A stretch of DNA of 64,000 nucleotides from Candidatus Marinacidobacterales bacterium (GCA_965237955.1 OZ250169.1:6688001-6752000); one strand, 5' to 3'. Positions 1-11,890 are shown, counted from the stretch's first letter. Program-made: numbers and translations. Notes: generated from the letters alone by a model not told the origin.

Positions 1-973
1 CGAGCGCGCGCGTGCCGACCGGCACCGAGAACCCGGCTTTGTCAGCAATGAACGGCGCGCTCTTCCCGACAATTTCCGGGTTCGCGAGCCGTGATGGCAG
101 CACCGCGATTTTGGCGAGCGTCGCCACTTGATCCGGTGTCAGAAACACGCCGCCTTGGTTGGTAACTTCTTGGCGAACCTGAGATTCGATCGACTGGTCG
201 CAGATCAACGCTTGCTCGGAGCAACACAGGGTTCCGTTGTCGTAACTCTTTCCGGTAATGATGTCGCGTACCGCCTTGGGAACGTCGGCGCTAGACTCGA
301 TGTAGGCGGGCACGTTTCCTGGTCCCACGCCGAACGCCGGTTTGCCGGAGCTGTAAGCGGCGCGCACGAGCCCCATGCCGCCGGTGGCGAGGATGACCGC
401 CGTCAGCCGATGGCTCATCAGCTCCCGAGTCCCATCGAGCGATACCTCGGTCATGCAGTCCACGATGCCTTCGGGTGCGCCGGCAGTCACGGCCGCCTTT
501 TTCATGACCTCCGTCGTCCTGCCGATGCAATCCTTCGCCGAGGGGTGCGGTGAGAGCACGATGCCGTTTCGCGACTTGAGCGAGATGAGGATCTTGTAGA
601 TCGCCGTCGACGTCGGGTTCGTCGACGGGACGACGGCGGCGACGACACCGAGCGGCTCGGCAATCTCACAGACCTTTCGCTCCGGAATCTCGCGAATGAT
701 GCCGACCGTTTTCATGCCGCGGATGAACTCGTGGACATCGTCGGCGGCAAATTTGTTCTTGATGAACTTGTGCTCGACGACACCGTAGCCGGTCTCATCC
801 ACCGCGAGCTTCGCGAGCTCGTAGGCCGCATCCGACGCCGCCTGCGCGCACGCTCGGACGATGCGATCGACTTGCTCCTGGGTGAAGTGTGCGTAGCTCT
901 CCCACGCTTTGTGTGAAGCGAGCACCATGTCGCGTGCCTGCTGCACCGAGCGAAGATCGTTGTCGCGGACCAC
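1..973 (-). CDS. CoA-acylating aldehyde dehydrogenase (EutE/PduP/AdhE N-domain type), BMC-associated; runs off the window edge
   Basis: Not in the ORF track because there is no stop inside the window. Manual translation from GTG at 973 gives MVRDNDLRSVQQARDM...ETGYG...EPLGVVAAVVPSTNPTST...SPHP...ATGGMGLVRAAYSSGKPAFGVGPGN...SYDNGTLCCSEQ (catalytic Cys region). It lies 3 nt downstream of a BMC shell gene. Confidence 0.92.
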   Translation of the reverse strand, partial: MVRDNDLRSVQQARDMVLASHKAWESYAHFTQEQVDRIVRACAQAASDAAYELAKLAVDETGYGVVEHKFIKNKFAADDVHEFIRGMKTVGIIREIPERKVCEIAEPLGVVAAVVPSTNPTSTAIYKILISLKSRNGIVLSPHPSAKDCIGRTTEVMKKAAVTAGAPEGIVDCMTEVSLDGTRELMSHRLTAVILATGGMGLVRAAYSSGKPAFGVGPGNVPAYIESSADVPKAVRDIITGKSYDNGTLCCSEQALICDQSIESQVRQEVTNQGGVFLTPDQVATLAKIAVLPSRLANPEIVGKSAPFIADKAGFSVPVGTRAL

Positions 974-976
974 GCC

Positions 977-1261
977 TTAGTCGTCTCCCGGCAGCACGGC
1001 TTCGATGTCCTCGAACGGCCTGGGAATGACGTGCACCGCGACGAGCTCGCCGACACGCCGCGCCGCTGCGGCACCCGCGTCCGTGGCCGCTGTCACCGCG
1101 CCCACGTCTCCGCGCACCATCACCGTAACCAAACCGGCATCGATGCGCTCGAGGCCGATGAGATCGACTCTTGCTGCTTTCACCATGGCGTCCGACGCTT
1201 CGATCGCGCACGTCAACCCTCGTGTCTCCACCATGCCGAGAGCATCGCCCTTCGCTGACAT
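977..1261 (-). CDS. Bacterial microcompartment hexameric shell protein (BMC-H, EutM/PduA-like)
   Basis: 94 aa with [27 protein letters not shown] and HVIPRP motifs. Confidence 0.95.
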   Translation of the reverse strand: MSAKGDALGMVETRGLTCAIEASDAMVKAARVDLIGLERIDAGLVTVMVRGDVGAVTAATDAGAAAARRVGELVAVHVIPRPFEDIEAVLPGDD

Positions 1262-1510
1262 AATCTAAGGAAGCATCCAGATTTCGGCGGACTCGGGGAG
1301 CTCTCGCTAAGTCGTTCTGAGAACTAGTCCTAACTCTGCCCGATCTGCAAAGACTATAGCAAAGCCCTTTGAACCAGGTCAAGAATTCACGTCGAGCAGC
1401 CGCCAGCTCACATTTTGTTGACGGGCGAATGGACGCATGACATACTGCCGGACTTGCTTGTGGGGGAAATGCGCACAAACAACCTGGCACCACCAAGGGC
1501 CACAAGGAGT

Positions 1511-2434
1511 ATGAGGGGCATGCAACGACAGAACTTGAGCATCAACACCATCCGATGGGCAACGACCGCGTTGCTCGGACTCGCTGTGGGATTCGGGCTC
1601 ACCGCCTGCGGCAGCGACAAGACCTCGGAAAGCCGTCCCATCACCGCTAGCGTCGACACCAACAAGCCGAGAGCACCCATTGGTAGTCCCATCGAGATCA
1701 CGTACCGTTTCGACGTCGGCGCCCACTCTGCGCCCATCGACAAAGACTACCGGGTGTTCGTTCATTTCCTGGACTCGCACAACGCGCTCCTGTTCAACGA
1801 CGACCACGATCCGCCGGAGCCAACGAGCTCGTGGGAAGCAGGCTCAACGCTCGAGTACGAGCGCACGCTGTTCATCCCGCTGTACCCGTATCTCGGAACC
1901 GCGTCGATCAATGTGGGCCTCTACATTCCCGAAACCGGCGAACGCCTTGGCCTCACCGGCACCGGCGATGGCAACCTCGCGTTTCAAGCCGGACAGATCG
2001 AGCTCCTCGACCAGAAAGAGAACATTTTTCTGGTGTACAAAGAGGGCTGGCATCAGCTCGAGAACGATCCGGACAACCGCTCGATGGAGTGGCAATGGAC
2101 GAAGCAAGAGGCCGTGTGCTCGTTCCGCAACCCCAAGAAGGAAAGCGTTCTATTCCTGGAAGCGGATACGAACCTCCATGCATTCGAGGAGCCTTTGGAA
2201 GTCGCGGTGATGATTGGCGAGAACGAGATCGCCAAGTTCACCGTGGAAGAGCGCGATCCGTTTCTGAAGAAGATCACGATCCCTGCAGGCGCTCTCGGGG
2301 ACGAGGACTGGGTCGACCTCCGGCTCGTAAACAGCCAGTCGTTCGTGCCGGCCGAAAAGAACATCGGTGACGACACCCGGGAACTAGGCCTAAGAGTCCA
2401 CCACCTTTACGTCGATACGTCCTCAGGAACCTGA
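1511..2434 (+). CDS. Hypothetical lipoprotein
   Basis: AAGGAG RBS before ATG 1511; hydrophobic signal ending in lipobox LTA-C; beta-rich mature part. Confidence 0.75.
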   Translation: MRGMQRQNLSINTIRWATTALLGLAVGFGLTACGSDKTSESRPITASVDTNKPRAPIGSPIEITYRFDVGAHSAPIDKDYRVFVHFLDSHNALLFNDDHDPPEPTSSWEAGSTLEYERTLFIPLYPYLGTASINVGLYIPETGERLGLTGTGDGNLAFQAGQIELLDQKENIFLVYKEGWHQLENDPDNRSMEWQWTKQEAVCSFRNPKKESVLFLEADTNLHAFEEPLEVAVMIGENEIAKFTVEERDPFLKKITIPAGALGDEDWVDLRLVNSQSFVPAEKNIGDDTRELGLRVHHLYVDTSSGT

Positions 2435-2499
2435 TTCGGCAAAGCCGAATTAAGTTCCTGTCCCGTGCCCGATCCGGTGCCCGACAACCTAAGGGCCCG

Positions 2500-3780
2500 C
2501 TAACCGTCGCCTTCTTCCTCGATTAACTCGATCTCCAATCTAACCTTCGCCCGAGCCCCCGGCTCAATAGCTGGAAGCTCCACCTTAATCGCCCCTGGAA
2601 TCAAGTGATTAGCCCCGTCCCCGACAAGCTTCAAGTCCACCAGAATTCCCGAGGCTTTGCCAAGTACCCCTTTCGGCACCTCCGCCGTCCCTTCCCCCTC
2701 CGCAAAGATTGTCGTCGACGGCTCCTCGGCCTTCTTGGACCGCCCCAGACCAAACGCCATTTCGCGAAGCTTTCCTAGCTCGCGCTCGATGTCGGGCGTC
2801 GACTGCGTGGCGACTTTATCGGGATTCGCCGCGGACTTCCGAGCGGCGTCGTCGATATCCTGAGTGACTTCGGGGTTCGCAGCGAACTCGACTTTCACTT
2901 CGGCGGTCGACGCTTCTGGCCCCAGCTCTTTTTCAACCGGTGGGGGCTCGGCGACGGCCACTTCGGTGATGGCGACGGCTTCGGGGTCGAGGTCGTCTTC
3001 GAGCTCAGCGAAGAGCTCGTCGCTCGTCTGAGGAGCTTCGGCGGCATCGACAACCGGCAGAGGCGCGGCATCCCCTGACGGCCCTGACGGCGGTGGGCTG
3101 GATGGAGCCGAAAGCTCGGCCGTCGTTGGCGTTTCCTCTTCCATGGAAACTTCTCCTAGTGAGCCCACGAGAACGGGAGCTTCCCCGTCGCCCGAGATCT
3201 TTCGGTGCACCGCCGCGAGCGTTTTTTTCGAGATCGATTTCAAAGTCTCGAAAACTCCGACGCCGTGGAGCGCCGCGCCTTCGAACGCGTCGAAGCCATC
3301 GTGGTTGAGATGCCTGTTGAGCGCTTCCACGGAGAGGATGTTACGCAAATCTCTCTTGTTGTATTGGAAGATAAACGGAATCTTGCCGATAGGTTGGTTC
3401 AACTCTTCCAAGTTCCGTTTGAGATTATGAAAGCTTTCGATGTTGGCGTCGAGCGCCGGTTCCTGAGAATCCGCGACGAAAACGATGCCGTCGACGCCTT
3501 TGAGCACGAGCTTCCGTGTCGTGTTGTAGAAGACCTGGCCGGGAACGGTATAGAGCTGAAGCCGAACCCGCATCCCACCAATCGTCCCCACTTCTAGAGG
3601 CAACAGGTCGAAGAACAGCGTGCGATCCGCCTCGGTCTCGAGGCTCACCATTTCTCCACGCGAGCCCGGGTCGGTGCGCGAGTGGATTTGATGCAGATTC
3701 GTGGTTTTCCCGCAGAGGCCGGGACCGTAGTACACGATCTTGGCCGACACCTGCATCGTTGTGTAGTTGAAGAAAACCAC
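2500..3780 (-). CDS. mglA: MglA-family small GTPase with long acidic, Pro-rich C-terminal extension
   Basis: KIVYYGPGLCGKTTNL (G1), RTLFFD, LYTVPGQ, FVADS and QYNKRD motifs, followed by about 230 extra residues. Confidence 0.88.
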   Translation of the reverse strand: MVFFNYTTMQVSAKIVYYGPGLCGKTTNLHQIHSRTDPGSRGEMVSLETEADRTLFFDLLPLEVGTIGGMRVRLQLYTVPGQVFYNTTRKLVLKGVDGIVFVADSQEPALDANIESFHNLKRNLEELNQPIGKIPFIFQYNKRDLRNILSVEALNRHLNHDGFDAFEGAALHGVGVFETLKSISKKTLAAVHRKISGDGEAPVLVGSLGEVSMEEETPTTAELSAPSSPPPSGPSGDAAPLPVVDAAEAPQTSDELFAELEDDLDPEAVAITEVAVAEPPPVEKELGPEASTAEVKVEFAANPEVTQDIDDAARKSAANPDKVATQSTPDIERELGKLREMAFGLGRSKKAEEPSTTIFAEGEGTAEVPKGVLGKASGILVDLKLVGDGANHLIPGAIKVELPAIEPGARAKVRLEIELIEEEGDG

Positions 3781-3877
3781 AGCGGTCGCCTCTTATTCTT
3801 TTGAAAATCAAACAGATAGGACCAGTTGTGATCTTAACGAGCGGAACGACGATCCGTCAAGGAAGCTGCCATGCGGG

Positions 3878-3911
3878 GACGGCTGATGGCTGATGGCTGA
3901 TGGCCGACGGC
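3878..3911. repeat. Heptamer tandem repeat (GGCTGAT/GGCCGAT family)
   Basis: gacggctgatggctgatggctgatggccgacggc; the same family recurs across the window. Confidence 0.85.
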
Positions 3912-3915
3912 AGCA

Positions 3916-5652
3916 TTATCGCGGCTTCAAAATCGCATACACCGGCAACCCGACCCCTTCGAACCGCTTGATCACCTCGCGCGCCGGCGACGCCTCGGGA
4001 TCCTCCGCTTGGAACTTGACCTTCACGTAGTCCTCGAGCCGTGCCGTCACCTCTGGATCCTTGAAAGTCGTCTTGTCCATGGTGAGGCAGTTCTTGCACC
4101 ACGTGGCCCACACGTCGACCAGAACCATCTTGTTCTCGGCCTTCGCCTGCGCGAGCCCGGCGTCCAGTGAAGGCATCCAGCCTTCTTCGATCTTCTCCTG
4201 AACGCTCGCGGCGACTTCGGTCGCGTCGACGAAGCGCTGGCTCACGATCTCGTACCCGAGATATCCGTAGTAGGCAGCGAACCCGAGGATCAGGACTCCG
4301 AACGCTTGTTTGACACGAACCATCCACGTGCCCGGGCGCGGCAGCAGCGAAATACCCGCTCCAGCAATAGGCCACGGGATGGCCATCCCGACGCCGAGCA
4401 GGAATGGAAGCGCGAGCGCCATCACCTGCCCCTTCGAGTAGAGAGCGCTCGAGAACACCACGACCTGGATGACGACGGGCGCGACACAGGCACCGGCAAG
4501 AAGCGCCGCGACCGCTCCCATCCCGAACGCGACGAGGTACTTCCCACCTTTTTCGGAGAAGGAGACTTTCGATTGCAGACTCGAGAAATCGATGGTGATG
4601 ATGTCGAACATCGCGAGCGCAAGGACGACGAACAAGACAGCAATGGCAAGGTTGAACCAAGCGGACGCATTGATGGTGCCGAACGTTCCAGCGGTGAGAA
4701 TCACGACCAACCCGAGCGCACCATAGACGAGTGCCATCGCCAGACCGTAAGCACCTCCGAGCATGAAGCCCTGGGCGCGAGAGCCGCCGTGCGCGCCCGC
4801 GCCGATGATGCCTAGATTGATCGGGGTCATCGGGAGAACGCACGGTGTCAAATTGAGCGCGAGTCCTCCGAGAAGCACGATCGCGACGATGGCGAAGGCA
4901 CCCTTGCCCTCGAACCAGCCTTGCCGGACGCGCCCCGCTTCGGCGTCGTCGATGAACTCGATGAACGCCTTGCTTCCGAGGAAGCCGCCCGTCGTTCCGA
5001 CGACGGCGAAATCATTGAGCGCAGTCAACACATCTCCGACATCTCCACTGGCGACAGAGACCACGTCCGCGAGATTCAATTCCGGCGCTTTTGCGAGGAC
5101 TCCGGCCGGCGTCGTCTTCGTGAAGTCGATCGCATCGAAGACAGCCGCGCTCGTCGGGCTCAGCGTTTGATCGGCTCCGACGACGTTGAACGCCACTTGA
5201 ACCGTCAACTTGTCGGGCCGGTAGCAAACTTTGTCGTCGCATGCCTGGTAGTTGAGTTGTCCTAAAAGGACGTGCTCCCCGGTCGCGAGGGCCGGATCCA
5301 GTTCCATCGCGACACCGATCGCGAACTCTTCTTCGAAAACTGCGAGCGGCGTCTCGGAACCGCCGGTGACCAGAAGAATAGGTTCGGGGTACGCGAGCCC
5401 GTTCACGTTCACGCCCGGTAACGGCGCGAACTCGAGCGACGTGGGAATCAGATACTGCTCGAGCGGCTCGTTCGAGTTGACGTGAAAGCCCGGTTGAAGC
5501 CGAACCTGCACGACCGCGCGCGGACTCGTGCCCGCGTGCACCCTGTCCGACTCGACGAGCGGCCGAACGTCAACCTGGATGCGCCCCAGCTGAGCCGCGG
5601 CGGCGACAGGCAGCACGATCAACGCAATCGCAAGCAACGATTTCATGCGCAT
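3916..5652 (-). CDS. dsbD: Thiol:disulfide interchange protein DsbD (cytochrome c biogenesis)
   Basis: Signal peptide, N-domain YQACDDKVC, transmembrane domain with LTPCVLP and ACVAP, C-terminal thioredoxin WCKNC. Confidence 0.92.
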   Translation of the reverse strand: MRMKSLLAIALIVLPVAAAAQLGRIQVDVRPLVESDRVHAGTSPRAVVQVRLQPGFHVNSNEPLEQYLIPTSLEFAPLPGVNVNGLAYPEPILLVTGGSETPLAVFEEEFAIGVAMELDPALATGEHVLLGQLNYQACDDKVCYRPDKLTVQVAFNVVGADQTLSPTSAAVFDAIDFTKTTPAGVLAKAPELNLADVVSVASGDVGDVLTALNDFAVVGTTGGFLGSKAFIEFIDDAEAGRVRQGWFEGKGAFAIVAIVLLGGLALNLTPCVLPMTPINLGIIGAGAHGGSRAQGFMLGGAYGLAMALVYGALGLVVILTAGTFGTINASAWFNLAIAVLFVVLALAMFDIITIDFSSLQSKVSFSEKGGKYLVAFGMGAVAALLAGACVAPVVIQVVVFSSALYSKGQVMALALPFLLGVGMAIPWPIAGAGISLLPRPGTWMVRVKQAFGVLILGFAAYYGYLGYEIVSQRFVDATEVAASVQEKIEEGWMPSLDAGLAQAKAENKMVLVDVWATWCKNCLTMDKTTFKDPEVTARLEDYVKVKFQAEDPEASPAREVIKRFEGVGLPVYAILKPR

Positions 5653-5786
5653 GACAGGTTCATTCTACTGCAAGCCAGGCGCGCGCGCGGTGAAGCGTTC
5701 AACAGGTTCGGTCTGCTCCCGAGAGACGGCCGATGGCGGAATTCCTCTTGATCCGCAGCCCAGATCAAGCTAATTTCTCGCAACTC

Positions 5787-6269
5787 ATGCGGTTGGGAAT
5801 CGTGCTCCTTCTTGGTCTCGTCACGCTTGGCGCCACGGCGTGCGGAAACGCTGGCGCTTCACCCGAACAACCCATTGCGTTTCCTCACAAGCCGCACGCC
5901 GATGCTCAAATCGACTGCGTGTTCTGCCACGAGTTCTTCGACAGCCAAGCGGCGGCGGGAATACCCCGGACGGAGCTTTGCGGGACGTGCCACAGCGCGA
6001 TGTCGCAGGAGAGCGAGGCGACCCAAAAGCTGATGGAGTACGTCGACGCCGAAGAAGTGATCCCTTGGGTGCGGTTGTATCAGCTGCCGCAATACACGTA
6101 TTTCCCGCACAAGTGGCACGTGCGCGCCGGCATCGAGTGCGGCGAGTGCCACGGTACCATCGGCGCAAGCATGACCGCGGTGCGCCACCGTGTCCTCGAC
6201 ATGCAATGGTGCCTCGACTGCCATGAACCCCGTCAAGCATCGGTCGATTGCGTGACCTGCCATAAGTAG
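5787..6269 (+). CDS. Pentaheme cytochrome c, ActA/QrcA-like, probable lipoprotein
   Basis: Five CxxCH motifs (CVFCH, CGTCH, CGECH, CLDCH, CVTCH); QPIAFPH and YFPHKWH motifs; lipobox-like ATAC. Confidence 0.9.
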   Translation: MRLGIVLLLGLVTLGATACGNAGASPEQPIAFPHKPHADAQIDCVFCHEFFDSQAAAGIPRTELCGTCHSAMSQESEATQKLMEYVDAEEVIPWVRLYQLPQYTYFPHKWHVRAGIECGECHGTIGASMTAVRHRVLDMQWCLDCHEPRQASVDCVTCHK

Positions 6270-6289
6270 AGCACCTGACATGACCTCTC

Positions 6290-8274
6290 ATGAATAGACG
6301 CGAGTTTCTCGGGACAAGCGTGTTCGCCGCCACCGCGGGCCTCGCGCTCGACGCGTGCGCGCCCGAAGCGTCTCAACTAATCCCGATCCTCATTCCCGAA
6401 GAGCCGTTCGTTCCCGGCGAAGAGATCTGGATGCGCTCGACGTGTTTCGAGTGCGCCGCCTCGTGCGGCATCGAAGTGCGCAAGATCGATGGACGGCTCG
6501 TCAAGGTCGAGGGCAATCCCGAGCATCCCATGAGCCAAGGCGGGCTGTGCGCGCGCGGGCAGGCTATTCCTCAAGCGATGTACCACCCCGATCGCATCCA
6601 AACTCCTCTCGAAAAACAAAGCGGCGGGAGTTGGACCGAGCTCAGCTGGGACGACGCTCTCGACCGCGTTGCATCCGCACTTGGCTCACTCGGCGCACTC
6701 GGCGCGTCCACCGACATCGCGTTTCTGACCGGGGCCGCGACCGGGCACCGGCGGGAGATCGTTCACCGGTTTCTGCAAGCCTTCGGCTCGACCCGTCACC
6801 TCGTCCACGACCCGTTCCCGCTCCATCGCCCGGTGAGCGACGTCGATATCGACAACGCGGGCTACGTCGTCTCGTTCGGCGCGGAGATTCTGGAATCCCA
6901 CGTGTCGCCGGTGAGATTCGGACGCGGCCTGGCCGCGCTTCGTCAAGCTCGCCCGGGACGACGCGGCAAGTTCGTGATGGTCGGGCCGCGGCTGTCATTG
7001 ACCGCGGCGAACGCGGACGAGTGGATTCCCGCTCGTGCCGGCGAAGAGCTCGAGGTGGCACTCGGCATCGCTCACGTCCTGATCCGAGACGGTCTTTACA
7101 AGCTGCAAGGGGGCGAAGACGCGGATGGCTTTGCCGAGCTCAGCGCCCTCGTCGAATCCATCGAGCCGAGCCCCGAGGTCGAACGCCTTGCACATGAAAT
7201 GGCCGAGCACCGACCGGCCGTTGCCATCGCCGGTCGAGGTGCAGCGCTCGCCGCCGCGGTATCGCACTTGAACGCACTCCTCGGAACGCGACCCGCATCG
7301 GCAAGCGCGCCACCGTTCGAACCGTGGCCGGCGATTCCAGGAGACGCGCCCGAATCGTTGTCGCTGAGTTTAACGAGTGCGCTCGACGACGAACCACCCC
7401 CTGTGTTGTTCGTCGCCGATACGAATCCACTCTACAGCCTCCCGCCCTCGTTCGAGCTCGACGATTGGCTGTCATCGATCCAGCTCAAAGTGAGCTTCGC
7501 ATCGATCATGGATGAAACGAGCGCAGCATGTGACCTCGTGCTCCCCGAGTCGATGTCGTTCGAGCGCTTCGAAGACGCCGTCCCGCAGGGCGCGCCCGTT
7601 CCCATGGCAACACTGTCACAGCCGCTCCTCGTCCGGCCGTTGTACGACACGCGCAGCATGCCCGATGCTCTCATCGACATCGCCAAACGCGCGGAGCACG
7701 GCGAAAGCTTCCCATGGAGCTCCTACGAAGCGGCTCTCCGGGCAGCCTGGTCGAGCCTCGGGTCATGGAGCCAGGCACTCGCCCGCGGCGGGTGGTGGGA
7801 CGAGAGCACCACGCCTGAACGTGATCCGGTACGGTATCGATTCGACACCACGGCGCTCGCGTTTCGGCCCGAGCGCGCTGAAACCAATCTCGAGCTCCAC
7901 GTGTACGCGTCGACGGCGCTCGGCGATGGCCGGAGCGCTCGCTTGCCGTATTTGCAAGAGCTTTCGGATCCGATCACCGGCGTCCGCTGGGGAAGCGTCG
8001 TCGAGATCGGGCCCGAGCGCGCCGACGCCCTCGGCATCACCACTGGCGACCTCGTCGAGGTGAGCTCGGAGTGGGGCACCGTCGAAGTGGCCGCGTTCGT
8101 CACCCCGGGGATCCACCCCGATGTCGTTGCCCTCGCCGCGGGACAAGGTCACACCGGAAACGGTCGTTACGCCAACCGTCGTGGTGTCAACGCATATTCG
8201 CTGATTGGACGCAACCCGGACGCCGACGGCGCTATCCTCACCGGAACCAGCGTGACCATTAAAAAGGTTGCATC

Positions 8275-8278
<4 letters not shown>
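6290..8278 (+). CDS. Molybdopterin oxidoreductase-fold subunit (QrcB/ActB1-like), Tat-exported
   Basis: NRREFL twin-arginine signal with LDAC; CFECAASC...GNPEHP...LCARG Fe-S motif; DETS...DLVLP; C-terminal dinucleotide-binding-like domain. Confidence 0.88.
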
Positions 8279-8991
<713 letters not shown>

Positions 8992-10317
8992 GGACACGCT
9001 GCTTCGACACGTCGTCGAGACAGGCTCCGGCTTCTACATCGTCCTGGTAACGCTCCTCGCCATCATCGCGGTCGGCGGCTTCGCGTGGATGCGCCAGCTC
9101 GAACACGGCCTCGGCGTCGCCAGCATGAACCAACCGGTATACTGGGGCCTCTACATCACAAACTACATCTTCTTTATAGGTATCTCTCACGCGGGCACGC
9201 TCATCTCCGCGATCTTGAGACTCACCGGTGCTGAGTGGCGCCGACCGATCACCCGCGTCGCCGAAGTCATCACCGTCGTCGCCCTCCTCATGGGTTCGAG
9301 CAACATCCTGTGGCATCTCGGGCGACCCGAGCTCATCTACCTACCACTGATCGAGCCGCAGTTCCTGTCTCCGTTGATCTGGGACGTCGGCGCCATCTCC
9401 TTGTACATGGCCGGCAGCATCATTTATCTGTACTTGCCGCTGATTCCAGACCTCGCGCTCCTGCGGGACCGGAGCACTCGTTTCAAAGGCATCTACCGCG
9501 CACTCGCCCTCGGCTGGCGCGGAACGGAGCGACAACACGCTCGTCTCGAAAAAGCAATCTCGTTCATGGCGGTCGCGATCATTCCCGTCGCCGTTTCCGT
9601 CCATACGGTTGTGTCGTGGACGCTCGCGATGATGCTCGTCCCGATGTGGCATACGGCCATCTTCGGACCGTATTTCGTCGTCGGCGCCATCTTCAGCGGT
9701 ATCGCCGCGCTCATGGTCGCGATGGCGATCTTGAGAAGAGTCTTTCACCTCGAGGAATATATCGGCCCGTTGCAGTTCAACAACCTGAGCTTGTTGCTCG
9801 TGACCATGTCGTGCCTGTGGGCTTACTTCACGTTGGCCGAGCACTTGACGGCCTGGTACGGGCACGAGCACGCGGAGATGGCGGTCCTCGATAGCCGGCT
9901 GAGCGGCGCCTTTGCTCCCTACTTCTGGACAATGATCATCGCGTGCTTCGTCATACCGATGGCGACCCTCTCGTTCAAGAAGACGCGTACTATCACCGGC
10001 TCGGTGATCGCGTCGATCTCCGTGCTCATCGGCATGTGGCTCGAGCGGTTCATCATCGTCATCAGCTCAGCCTCACACCCGCGCTCGCACCAGATGTGGG
10101 ACGCGGGCACCTACAGTCCGTCGTTCGTCGAGATCGCGGTAACGGCGTCGGAGTTCGCGGCGTTCATTCTGTTCTACGTCGTGTTCGCGAAGCTCTTTCC
10201 GCTCGTCTCGATTTGGGAAGTCAAAGAAGCTCCTCTTCCGAGCAAATCATTTGGCGGGATTTCGGATCGGGGCTAATATATGGGCGTTTTTGTGAACATC
10301 GAGGGAGGCGCGAAGAC

Positions 10318-10722
10318 ATGAATAAGGTTTTGGCTCTGGTCGCAGTTGCTTTCGCGGTTTTTGGCGGACTCGCGCTCGCGCAGGACGAAGGCTCGAGCTG
10401 GGAAGTCCCGCCTGAGGCGACAGCGGTGGAAAACCCGCTCAAGAACACCCCCGAAGGAGTGGCCGCCGGGGAAGCGCTTTACGGGAAACACTGCAAGATG
10501 TGCCACGGTGACGCCGGCAAGGGCGACGGAGCGGCAACGCAGTTCATCAAGCCCGCGCCTCCCGATATGACCACCGCGGAAGTCCGGGACGGCAACACCG
10601 ACGGTGACATTTTCTACAAGATCACGACGGGAAAGCGGCCGATGCCCGCCATGCAGCGAAAGCTCAGCGAGGAAGAGCGCTGGCAGGTCGTCCTGTTCGT
10701 CCGTAAGCTACAAGCGAACTGA
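10318..10722 (+). CDS. Monoheme cytochrome c (ActE-like)
   Basis: GGGAGG RBS, signal peptide, CKMCH and distal Met in MPA. Confidence 0.88.
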   Translation: MNKVLALVAVAFAVFGGLALAQDEGSSWEVPPEATAVENPLKNTPEGVAAGEALYGKHCKMCHGDAGKGDGAATQFIKPAPPDMTTAEVRDGNTDGDIFYKITTGKRPMPAMQRKLSEEERWQVVLFVRKLQAN

Positions 10723-10755
10723 GCCAACCGGGCACTGGGCACTGAGCACCGATCA

Positions 10756-11265
10756 ATGCAAGCGCAAGCGCGAGCAACGGCGGTCCTCGCTCTCGCCCTG
10801 GCCGCGGCCAGCGGTTGTAAGCCTGAAAACGCCGCGCCCGAGCTCGTCTTGGACAACGTCGACGGCAGCGGGACGGTATCGCTGTCGGAACAACAGGGCA
10901 AGGTCGTGCTCGTCGACTTGTGGGCGACGTGGTGCGCACCATGTATCGCCGAGCTTCCGCACTTGCAGGCGATGTCGGACGAGCTCGCCCCCGACGATTT
11001 CATGATGCTCGGAATCGTGCTCGAATCCGGCGAGCGCGACGCAGTCGTCGAGTTTCTCGCCGAAAACGAAATCACGTACACCCAGGTTATGGGCGAGGAA
11101 GAGACGGGCGAAGCGTTCGGGCCGTTTCTCGGCTACCCCATGAAGTATTTGATCAACCGTGACGGTCGCGTGGTGAAACGCTATTTCGGTATTATCGGCG
11201 AAGAGCTCCGAGACGATGTGGAGACGTTGATGGAGACCGGGGTGCTGGAAGACTCCGGCGAATAG
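10756..11265 (+). CDS. TlpA/ResA-like thioredoxin lipoprotein
   Basis: Lipobox ASG-C; GKVVLVDLWATWCAPC. Confidence 0.9.
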   Translation: MQAQARATAVLALALAAASGCKPENAAPELVLDNVDGSGTVSLSEQQGKVVLVDLWATWCAPCIAELPHLQAMSDELAPDDFMMLGIVLESGERDAVVEFLAENEITYTQVMGEEETGEAFGPFLGYPMKYLINRDGRVVKRYFGIIGEELRDDVETLMETGVLEDSGE

Positions 11266-11300
11266 CGCCCGAACGACGCCCCACACGGAAGCGTCTGCAC

Positions 11301-11332
11301 GCTGATGGCTGATCGCTGATGGCCGACGGCCG
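11301..11332. repeat. Heptamer tandem repeat (GGCTGAT family)
   Basis: gctgatggctgatcgctgatggccgacggccg at the end of the operon. Confidence 0.8.
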
Positions 11333-11492
11333 TGTGAAAAACAAGCTACTGGCAACTCGACCGCCATCATTGTATATTTCTTGTATAGGCTATCGATCGT
11401 CCTCGATAGCCTCTTCAGCTCGATTGAATTCCTGAAGATCGTAGGCCCTTCATCTCCGGCGGGTCGTTTCACGCGAGACAAGATCGAGGAGC

Positions 11493-11855
11493 TTGAACAA
11501 CGTGGCGAACGAGCAAGAGACGGTTCTAGCCGCCAAGGCGAGCTTCGACGGGAAGCTCGAGGGCGCGAACATCACTCTCCAAGGTCGTTTTCGAGGCGAT
11601 CTCAAAGCGAGCGGGCTCGTCCGTATTCTCGAAGGCTCGGACGTCAACGCGAAAGTCGAAGCCACGACGGTCGAGATCGGCGGAAAGTTCGAAGGTGATG
11701 TGCAGGCCGAATCGCTCCGGCTTCTGGGACCAGCTCGCGCCATCGGTACGTTTCGCGCCAATAAGCTGAGCGTCGAGGAAGGCGGCCAGCTGGATGGCGA
11801 GTTCGAAATCGGCGACGGGCCACCCGAACGCATGGTGCGGAACGCGCCACGCTGA
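11493..11855 (+). CDS. Bactofilin (polymer-forming cytoskeletal protein)
   Basis: Beta-helix repeats FDGKL, GRFRGDL, IGGKFEGDV and LSVEEGGQLDG. Confidence 0.9.
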   Translation: MNNVANEQETVLAAKASFDGKLEGANITLQGRFRGDLKASGLVRILEGSDVNAKVEATTVEIGGKFEGDVQAESLRLLGPARAIGTFRANKLSVEEGGQLDGEFEIGDGPPERMVRNAPR

Positions 11856-11890
11856 GCTCACTCAAAGCGCTACCAGAGGATAGTCGACCC

